A stretch of 34,263 nt of DNA from Octopus bimaculoides (taxonomy: Eukaryota). Under the pieces are notes generated by a model. That model saw only the letters and a program-made list of their open reading frames with translations. It was not told where the DNA came from and did not search any database. The position numbers and the translations under genes were made by a program. Positions 25,259 through 34,263 of this stretch are shown here, piece after piece. Position 1 is the first letter of the stretch. The number at the start of each line of letters is the position of its first letter. The DNA is taken from the NCBI RefSeq assembly GCF_001194135.2, contig NC_069005.1:2318616-2352878 (forward strand). Reading direction: 5' to 3'.

Positions 25259-25455
25259 AAGAGAGAGACAAGAGGTGAGGGAGGGAGAGAGACAAGGGGC
25301 GAGAGAGGGGGAGAGACAAGGGGCGAGAGAGGGGGAGAGACAAGAGGCGAAAGAGGGAGAGAGACAAGAGGCGAAAGAGGGGGAGAGACAAGAGGCGAAA
25401 GAGGGGGAGAGACAAGAGGCGAAAGAGAGAGAGAGACAAGGGGCGAGAAAGGGGG
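25259..25455. repeat. 21-bp purine-rich minisatellite (~9 copies) within a GA-rich tract extending to ~25790
   Basis: GAGAGACAAG(A/G)GGCGA(A/G)AGAGG(G/A) units; the translation repeats every 7 aa. Confidence 0.9.
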
Positions 25456-26566
25456 AGAGAGTGTAAGAGTGGGAGAGAGAAGTGAGAGAAAGGGAGAGAG
25501 AGGGGAAGAGAAAGGGACAGATAGAGGGAAAGTGGAAGAGTGGAAGAGAGAAAGAGCGAGAGGTTGAGAAAGAGGAAAGAGTGAAAGACAAGAAATAAAA
25601 GGAGGGAGAGAGAGAAGAGAGAGGAAGAGAAAGGAAGAGATAGAATGCGATGGGGAGAGAAAAAGAGAGATACAAGGGTAGAGAGAAAGGAAAGGGAGCG
25701 ACAGACATTGAGATGGGAGAGCGGGAGAGAGAAAGTGTGGGGAGAGGGAAGAGGGAGAAGCGGAAGCGGAAAGGAGAAAGAGAAGGTGTAGGTCGGCCAT
25801 GATAACTTCTCGAAACAAGATTAGGGTCAAATGTCTTCCCCTTTCGTACAACAACTTCACCTGTATCTACTCCCACCTCTACTCCCCTCACCCGTCCATG
25901 TTCCTCCTACCTTCACCTTGCCTTTTACCCCTACCTCACCGCTTACAAATACTTCCCTCTTGCTTCTCTTCCCGCTACTCAATCACAGCCACCATTGTGG
26001 CACACCTACGTATGTACGTTACCGCGACTATAACGACGCCATCGATCCCACCACCACCATCATTATCATCATCACCACCACCACCACCACNNNNNNNNNN
26101 CTACTCGTAGCCGTTCGCTCTCACCTTGTAACCCTAAATGTTACAAATGTTCCCCTTCGCCGTTAGTTAAGGCCATCGTTGAATAGTCTGAAGAAGTTCA
26201 TTAACAGAAGAGGTTCACGAATGCCAGCCAGCCTCGCCCTACCTCGGAGGAATTGTATGGAGGGAAGAAGAAGGTTACAGAGGAACAGGGTCAGACGAGT
26301 AAAGGGTTGTCACCTCTGGGCGCGTGTAGGAGGAGCGGGGTTACTGGAGATGGTCACAGAAAAGGGATCTCTATCATGATAACTGATCTGCGAAGAAGAC
26401 ATGCATATATACACACGTATACACACACACACACATAAATATGTACATATATATATATATATATATCGAGAGAGATAGAGAGAGAGAGAAAGAGAGACCA
26501 ATACATCATACATGCATGCATGCATACATACATACATACACAAGTGTATATATGTATATATATCAC

Positions 26567-26860
26567 CTGCAGTTCCATTATTTAAGCAGAATATTGCATA
26601 TATAAGGTACAGGAAACATATGTATATATATATACATACACCATTCTGCTTAAATAACGGAACTGCAGATACAATATCCTTACGTATCTCACGTCCGTTT
26701 TCATTCCCCCATTTCACTCAGTATGTCATGTCTTCTCTATAATAACTATTACTTAAACATTTTCTCGCACCGTCTCTGATGAAGGGATATATAAAATATC
26801 CCGGAAACAGCTGTAAGACCTCTTTATAAATGTTCTGAAAACTATTCACAGCCTTTTTTT
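26567..26860 (+). mobile_element. Penelope-like element end (pseudo-LTR) with a short inverted 5' segment
   Basis: 26-bp inverted repeat at 26567-26592 / 26643-26668 (1 mismatch), followed ~100 bp later by a hammerhead motif. Confidence 0.55.
26772..26819 (+). ncRNA. Minimal type I hammerhead ribozyme (Penelope-type)
   Basis: GUCU-CUGAUGA-A-GGGAUAU[AUAAA]AUAUCCC-G-GAAAC-AGCU-GUA-AGAC: intact core, 7-bp stem II, palindromic stem III ACAGCUGU, GUA cleavage triplet, stem I GUCU/AGAC. Confidence 0.85.
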
Positions 26861-27801
26861 TTAAATCTCATTTTGTTAATTTATATATATATATTTTTTT
26901 TAACCCAAAAACTTGGTAAAAAATATAGTATCTGTTAACAATCTTAGCAGAAAACTAATACGCGATCAAGGTTGGACGCCTCATTTGTATCATTACATAC
27001 ATATGTGTTTGNNNNNNNNNNNNNNNNNNNNNNNNNNNNNNNNNNNNNNNNNNNNNNNNNNNNNNNNNNNNNNNNNNNNNNNNNNNNNNNNNNNNNNNNN
27101 NNNNNNNNNNNNNNNNNNNNNNNNNNNNNNNNNNNNNNNNNNNNNNNNNNNNNNNNNNNNNNNNNNNNNNNNNNNNNNNNNNNNNNNNNNNNNNNNNNNN
27201 NNNNNNNNNNNNNNNNNNNNNNNNNNNNNNNNNNNNNNNNNNNNNNNNNNNNNNNNNNNNNNNNNNNNNNNNNNNNNNNNNNNNNNNNNNNNNNNNNNNN
27301 NNNNNNNNNNNNNNNNNNNNNNNNNNNNNNNNNNNNNNNNNNNNNNNNNNNNNNNNNNNNNNNNNNNNNNNNNATATATATAATGCAAAAGAGGGCTTGA
27401 GGATTCAACTCACTAATGGATAGTATCTATCCAATATACTGCTGGGAGGGTACCCAATTATTGTTACACTAGTGTTGCACCAAGTGCAATAAGTGGGTGC
27501 GGGCAAAAGGGGATTATTTTACCCTAAATTTATATAGCAATAAGAAAATGGAGGAGAATATGCGGTATTCATCGACTCGCAGACAATGTATTCCGTTGAT
27601 TAACTTGTTTATTTTATAATTCAAATTACAAAAACCACAATATACAGATGCTTATGACATACCGTGTCATATTAACAATTAAAGTTACAAATATAAAGTA
27701 AATTTAGCAATTGGAGAATGTACAGAAACTTACAGTTGTTTCGGCCTAGCGTTGGCATGCCCCATTCTATCACCTGTGCGCAATAGATTATGCCTACCTA
27801 T

Positions 27802-27837
<36 letters not shown>

Positions 27838-28182
27838 ACACATAAATAATATTAATATATATATAATGTATGTACGTATGTTTATCTATGACTTTCTTCA
27901 CGCCTCTCTTTAGGTATATAAGAGAGGCGGGAAAGAGAGACAGAGAGAAAGAAAGAGAGAGAAACGTACAAACGTATAATCACACACGCACACATGTATA
28001 TATATATATATAATTGGTAGGCCTGAAATNNNNNNNNNNNNNNNNNNNNNNNNNNNNNNNNNNNNNNNNNNNNNNNNNNNNNNNNNNNNNNNNNNNNNNN
28101 NNNNNNNNNNNNNNNNNNNNNNNNNNNNNNNNNNNNNNNNNNNNNNNNNNNNNNNNNNNNNNNNNNNNNNNNNNNNNNNNNN

Positions 28183-28216
<34 letters not shown>

Positions 28217-28316
28217 TCAAACCATACATAAGTTTTATATATATGTATACACACACATTTTCATATACATTCATGCACATATATAGATGCATACATACAT
28301 AATACACACACACATA

Positions 28317-28354
<38 letters not shown>

Positions 28355-29206
28355 ATATTTATATATATGTATAAATATATATGTGTGTGTTTGTATATAG
28401 TTATATATATACTAACTGTGTATGTGTTGATAAAATATACATACGTAAAACTCACTCAAAATAAACACCTAGTTTCAATAAAGACCTCCATGACTGTATC
28501 TTCTACGGCGAACGCCACACATAAATTATAACTCGTTTATCTATTTATTTATTCTCCATCTGTAATTCAGCCCCAACACACACACACACACACATCATTG
28601 TTTTATTTTCTCCCCCCCCCCCCATCTAAAGGGCATAACTGAGTTTCACAAATAGCTACCTATATAATTTTAATGAAGTTCTTGCGTATTTAATTATTTC
28701 TTCAAATGTGAAATATAGCCCTCGGCCTCCAACTCCGTTCAAATGAAGACACCTCTTAAGAATAATAGCTATTGAAACAAACTAATAAGGTAGAGGCATA
28801 GAAATTGTTTTACCCTAGAAGCCATGAAACATGTGATAATAATGCCAAGCATGTTACGCTAATATTGGACAGAAAAATTATCATGTAATGAAATATAGTA
28901 CTTATATCAATTGTGCGATTGTGAGATATTAGGAGTCAGTGTTCTGTTCAGCCCTAGGTCAAAGCTGCCGGAATGGATTTTAATCGGATTGAGTGTATAT
29001 ACAATTCCTAGCGTTTGTTATATATTGTTTTCCGGTATGTGAGATTACACGAACGAATATGCATCATGTGGTGCTATACATACATACATACATACTTATA
29101 TGAATACTTGTATACGCATACGTATACATATTCAAACGAACACACACATATGTATGTGTGTATTTATACATACATACATACATACATACATATAAATATA
29201 TATATA

Positions 29207-29426
29207 TTAGGTTGGTGCATAATTCTTGCGGTCTTTTTTTTTCAATAAATTTTATTCAACAAAAAATTTGAACAAAATGCCAATTTAAGCAAAACGCCAA
29301 GCAGAAATTGAAGTAGATGGTGAATATGCTCCGGAATAATCATTCAAAATGTTTTTGTTAAATGTTGTTACTGTTCTTGTTGAATAAAACTCCATTTCTG
29401 ACTAAACTTATTGGCGTATCCCACTA
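29207..29426 (+). mobile_element. Mariner-family non-autonomous relic
   Basis: TA|TTAGGTTGGTGCATAATTCTTGCGGT resembles Hsmar1-type TIRs. Internal AEIEVDGEYAPE* (29301-29339) resembles a mariner transposase C-terminus. Inverted TTTTATTCAACAA/TTGTTGAATAAAA is present; the right end is degenerate. Confidence 0.7.
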
Positions 29427-29741
29427 TTATTTTTGTTATTATTATAGTATGATTCCAACCATATTCAACTTTTCCCTTTTTCTTCTGTATACTCTTCTCC
29501 GTTATCTATCTATCTATCTATTTACATAGCAGAAGTTAGAAATATTGCAGTTCGAAATCTCTCAGAGAGATTTATGCAGTAGCAGTACGATAAAGTGATA
29601 GCATGTTGTCATCTTAATGTGACAAACCCATGAAAGGGAAGAATACTACTGTTATTTAGCCCTTGGAAACACCGTTTCCTGTTGGACTTGCTGGTTTTGC
29701 TCGGTGGAGGTGCTTGTCACATTAAGTTGACAACATACCAT

Positions 29742-29890
29742 CACTTCATTTCACGTTGCTCCAGTCCACTCAGCTGACAAAAGTGAGTTACTCCTGCGAC
29801 GGACTGGCGTCCCATCCAGGTGGGGAATTTATACGCCGTGGAAATAGGGAAACCGGCCCCTATGAGCCTGACATGGCTCGAGAAGGTAAG
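29742..29890 (+). mobile_element. 5'-truncated SINE family C
   Basis: CACTTCATTTCACGTTGCTCCAGTCCACTCAGCTG...GGACTGGCGTCCCATCCAGG...GAAACCGG..ATGAGCCTG; the 3' part matches the 1328-1386 fragment. Confidence 0.75.
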
Positions 29891-29939
29891 AAGAAAAGAG
29901 AGGTGATGGTCTTTGGTGGCGAATATGAGGCGGTACTCA

Positions 29940-30880
29940 GTGTTGGTGGTGGTGGTGGTAGCACTACTACTACCACCACCACCACCACCAGTACCACCAC
30001 CGCAAATAGTACTGCTGCTGCTACCACCACCACCACCACCACCACTACTGCTGCTGCTAGATAATGGTGACGACAGAGGGTGAGGTTTATGATGCTGAAG
30101 TAACGGAGGTGGTGGTGGTGGTGGTAGTGGTAGGTCAAAGTTTGGTGGCGTTAGTGTTGAAGCTGGTGTTGGTCCCTATTAGACGGTGGTCAGTGATGAG
30201 GGTGAGTAGGTAAATGGTGATGGTGGTGGTGAGGCGGGTGGGGTGCTGTGCCGTTTGGCCAGTTCACTTCTTCTCCGCACTGGATACAAATCAGACGTCC
30301 TCTTTTACACTGACCAGACGACCGACAATTAGATTTTCTAATATTTCCTAGTTTGGTCAGCGCCAGCAGCGGTGGTGGTGGCTGTGGCGGGAGGAGTGGT
30401 GGTGATGGTNNNNNNNNNNNNNNNNNNNNNNNNNNNNNNNNNNNNNNNNNNNNNNNNNNNNNNNNNNNNNNNNNNNNNNNNNNNNNNNNNNNNNNNNNNN
30501 NNNNNNNNNNNNNNNNNNNNNNNNNNNNNNNNNNNNNNNNNNNNNNNNNNNNNNNNNNNNNNNNNNNNNNNNNNNNNNNNNNNNNNNNNNNNNNNNNNNN
30601 NNNNNNNNNNNNNNNNNNNNNNNNNNNNNNNNNNNNNNNNNNNNNNNNNNNNNNNNNNNNNNNNNNNNNNNNNNNNNNNNNNNNNNNNNNNNNNNNNNNN
30701 NNNNNNNNNNNNNNNNNNNNNNNGTGGTGGTGTCGGCGGCGCCGGCGGTGGTGGTGGTGGCGTTGGCAGTGGCGGCGGCGATGGTTGGTGATGGTGGCGG
30801 TGGGGGTGACGTTGTTGTTGGTGGCGGTGGCGGTGGTGGTGTTGTTGTTGTTGATGGTGAATGTAGTGATATTGTTGCTT
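29940..30880. repeat. Degenerate (GGT/ACC/GCT)n trinucleotide region spanning a gap
   Basis: Direct inspection. Confidence 0.85.
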
Positions 30881-30974
30881 GATCGATGTCCGATGGTGCA
30901 ACTCCAAACATCGATGAGGTTGCTGGTTTCCCCTGTTCTTTCTTGCTGAAAGGAGGGCCCCTTAGTGATTTGGG

Positions 30975-32291
30975 GGGATGAAGACAGATGTAGTGTATGA
31001 AATACTACCAAGGGAACAAAAAGGATGTAAAAAAAGAGTCCTCAGGGTGCCAAGGACCATCGATAAAATAGTTTTGAAGCATTATAAAAAACCCCATACA
31101 AACATGTCTATGGCTTGGATTGACTTTAAGAAGGCATATGATATGATGCCTCAATCTTGGATCGTTGAATGCCCACAGATGTTTGGTGTTGCTGACAACA
31201 TCACAAATTCTCTGGTGCATAGCATGAGAGAATGGAAAACTAAATTGTACTCAAGTAATGTATTCCTTGGAGAAGCTAATATTAAAAGGGGAATCTTCCA
31301 AGGTGACTCATTTTCTCCGTTACTATTTGTAATTGCACTAATACCCATAACAATGACACTTGGGTAAATTAAAATGGGTTACCGATGTGGGAAGGCCATC
31401 ATTGAACCATCTGTTTATGGATGATCTGAAATAGTTTGGGAAATCTGCAAAATAGATAGATTCCTTGACCAAAACAGTCCAGAAGTGTGGTAGGGACATC
31501 GATATGGAATTTGGGATTACCAAATGCTCAGAGCTGAGGAGAAGAGAAAAGAAGACCTTCCTGAAATGAGAATGCACGGACAGTTTGAAAGGAATACAGA
31601 CGACGTTAAGGATAATACAGCGTCGTGGGTATGACTTGGGTGAGGTAATTTGAAGTCTGATCATTACTGCGCAAGACTAGGCTCTCGCCACCAAGACTGA
31701 GGGAGAAAATGTGTCGATTCTCTGGGACCTCCCCGTACATACCGCCAAAACTATAAAAGCTAATAAACCGGATATTATTATTAAAGATCAGACAAAAAAG
31801 ATGTGTTTATTAATTGTCTTGAGTATTCCTTGCGATCACAATATAGCGGCGAAAGAATTTGTCAAGATTAGTAAATATAAAGACTTGCTAATAGAAATTG
31901 AAAAATGCGGCATCTCAAGGCGACTACCGTACCAGTGATTGTAAGATCTCTAGGAATGATAAAAAAAGGCACTGAAACCTATTTGAAAATGATAACAGGC
32001 TTACCATCTCTACAGGAAGTGCAAAAAATCGTGTTAACTGGAACGACTCATGTACTGAGAAGAGCATTATCGCTGTGAAAACAACATCCATTCATGAATT
32101 TATTTATTTATTAATTTTTTTTTTAAATACATATTTTACCTGTGAATTTGCGTGTGTAAACTGGGAATGCATACAATGAGCTTCTCTGCCCCAGGTGTAC
32201 GGAAAACACTCGGCGAGAGATGGAAGAAAATTTGAAGAAAGAAGATAGAAAAAACATAATAATAATAGTAAGAATAATAATAATAATAATA
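30975..32291 (+). mobile_element. 5'-truncated, internally deleted R4/Dong-like (RLE-type) non-LTR retrotransposon; RT-RLE pseudogene with 3' UTR and (TAA)n end
   Basis: RT motifs LPREQKGC, AWIDFKKAYD, RGIFQGDSFSPLLF, NHLFMDDLK* (31405-31434) and MEFGITKC. Post-RT MHGQFER..SW.*L and AQD*AL follow. RLE ILWDLPVHTAKTIKANKPDIIIKD..KEFVKISKYKDL continues, after a frameshift, as PVIVRSLGMIKKG..RRALSL* (stop 32076-32078). The 3' UTR ends in AAAAAAC(ATA)n at ~32256-32291. Confidence 0.95.
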
Positions 32292-32659
32292 AGAAGAAGA
32301 AAAATGATTTTATTCTTGTGAGAAGTTTATTCCTATTTCGCAGACAATGGTGTGTAATCACAGAGATTTGAATATATGGTTTCGTACAATTATAACAGCA
32401 ACAATGGTACGAAATACTGACCAAAATGTCTCCAGTAATGGCGTGACTGTGTGGTGGAGGTCAGAAAATGTAGGAATGGAGAGAAAAGAAGAAAAGGAGA
32501 TATTACATCAAGCTGGTGATGGTGGTGGTGATTGGGAAGAAAGAGGAGGAAGTAGTTGAGGGTGAGGGTGGGGTGGGGTTAAGAGTTGGCGGGCGAGGTG
32601 AGAGGTGAAAGAAAACGTCTGAATCAATTGGTATGAAACGAAGAAAAAGAATTGCATGG

Positions 32660-32830
32660 TAGGGGGAATAGTCGATTTTATCGACCCCAATTTTCAACTG
32701 GTACTTATTTTATCGACTTCGAAAGGTTGAAAGGCAAAGTCGACCTCGGTGGGACTCGATTTCAAAGCGTAAAGACGGACGAAGTGGAGATACGTTCGGC
32801 GTGCGAAAGATTTTGGCAGCTCGCCGTCTT
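32660..32830 (-). mobile_element. tRNA-derived SINE family A
   Basis: GTCGATTTTATCGACCCC..GGTACTTATTTTATCGAC..GAAAGGCAAAGTCGACCTCGG..GCAGCTCGCCGTCTT. Confidence 0.88.
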
Positions 32831-32844
32831 TAATAATGATATTA

Positions 32845-33035
32845 TTTGGTTTTCACATTTTGGCACAAGGCCAGCAATTTCTGGGCAAGGGTGGGTCGAT
32901 TACCGCGACACCTGTGTTCAACTGGAACGTCTTTCATCGACCGTGAAAGAAAGGCAAATATGTCTCCGGTGGAATTTGAACTCAGAGCGTAAAGTCGGGA
33001 GAAACGCTGATAAGCATTTTGTCAGGCGTGTTAAT
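32845..33035 (-). mobile_element. Second, more diverged SINE family A-related copy in tandem
   Basis: TTTGGCACAAGGCCAGCAATTT..GGGTCGATTAC..GAAAGAAAGGCAAA..GGAATTTGAACTCAGAGCGTAAAG..TAAGCATTTTGTCAGGCGTGTTAA. Confidence 0.8.
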
Positions 33036-34059
33036 GATGATGAGGATGATGATGATAATAATAATAATATTAACAGTAATAACAACAACAATAATAATTA
33101 TAGGGAGACAGAGAAGATGATGAAGAAGATGAGAAAGGAAAGAAGAGGAGGAAAAGAAGAATTAGACGAATAAGGAGAAAGAAAAGCAGAAGAAAAAAAA
33201 GCAGGAAAATGCGTAGAAGAAGAAGATGAATGAGAAGAAAAAGAAGAATCACCATCAACATTAGTAGCAGCACCTTCAACAACAGCGGCAGCTTTAGAAA
33301 AGAGCTCAATACAAACCGTCCAAACGGTATCATTAAACTCCTGCCGAGCAGCCAGCTAAAGCACGTTTAGCGATTTCTTATATGTGCCCACCATTCTTCA
33401 AAGATTAAGACAATTAAGACGACAACGATATCCGAACGATATCGTCTGACCCGCCTGCCCATCCCTTCCGCCATTTCTCTTTTTTCCTTCCCATTGTCAC
33501 TCTCTCTCCCCCTCTCTCTCTACCTCTAACTACACCCTCCTCCCTTCAGAGGACATTTAGTTGAGCTTATTATATTCACCTCATTTATTCATTTCTGGTA
33601 TTGAAAAGCAGTTCGTAGCAAGTGGAAGCGAGGCTTCCCCCCGATAAACTATCATGGCGAGGCTGATGACTATATAATTATTTAACATTCAAGAATTCAT
33701 TCTTGTATAGAAGGAACCTTATGTGCCGCTGGGTGGATGGGGGTTTGGGCATTGTAATACCTGTACACTCTCAGATATACAACCCACTTACACATGTGCC
33801 AACGCACACACAACACGCACAGGCACATAGAGACGCACACACACACATGAGCACTCACACCGACACGTCTACAGTTACATATGCAGATGGATATACAACT
33901 ATGACCACATTCACTTCTCTCGCCCTCTCTCCCTCCGTCTCTCTCTCTCTCTCTCTGTGTCTCGCTCCATCTGTCTGTCTGTCTATTCCCCTCTCTTTCC
34001 CTTTCTCTACACACACATATATATTACATATAGCGGGTTAGTAGTTAATAAATCGTATG

Positions 34060-34199
34060 GTATTATAGATAGATATTCATAGGATAGCTAGCTAGATAGA
34101 TAAAGAGATAGATAGACTGATTAATAGATAGATTGATAGATACATACTTACATAGACAAACAAATATGTATATATATGTATATATATATATATACATAA

Positions 34200-34240
<41 letters not shown>

Positions 34241-34263
34241 AATAAATATATATATATATATAT
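34060..34263. repeat. (GATA)n and (TA)n microsatellites
   Basis: Direct inspection. Confidence 0.93.

Larger units (their letters stand above)
1387..30723. other. Assembly gaps (14 N-runs, ~3.5 kb), e.g. 1387-1758, 5683-6368, 6962-7466, 16790-17290, 24727-25190, 27012-27373, 28030-28182, 30411-30723
   Basis: N runs, mostly flanked by microsatellites or SINE ends. Confidence 0.99.

Noticed and set aside
25259-25455. Regularly spaced repeats as a possible CRISPR array
   Set aside because: These are tandem units without unique spacers, in a eukaryotic context with no cas genes.
26100-26400. RSRSLSPCNPKCYKC (zinc-knuckle-like) and GC-richer open frames
   Set aside because: The CCHC motif is incomplete and the frames are short; I cannot support gag or an exon.
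33660-33690. GGCTGATGACT possible hammerhead core
   Set aside because: There is no stem II or GAAA downstream.

Overview
This is AT-rich, microsatellite-saturated eukaryotic DNA with about 3.5 kb of N-gaps. The tRNA-derived SINE families and simple-repeat load resemble a coleoid cephalopod, most likely Octopus (inference from remembered repeat consensus, not a search). No intact protein-coding gene can be supported, and almost all ORF-track entries are translations of microsatellites or gaps. The interpretable content is a set of decayed mobile elements: a broken R4/Dong-like RLE LINE ending in (TAA)n (30975-32291), a second RLE fragment abutting (AAT)10, two RTE-like C-terminal remnants, three SINE families in about ten copies, a Tigger-like MITE cut by a SINE, and a mariner relic. 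The most notable signals are two Penelope-type minimal type I hammerhead ribozymes (23533-23578, inside an ~88-bp inverted repeat, and 26772-26819) and an isolated 24-bp-stem palindrome (13716-13765). There are also weak candidate + strand exons and regulatory motifs. I found no convincing wholly new biological system: the ribozymes belong to a described class, although these copies and their arrangement may be unannotated.
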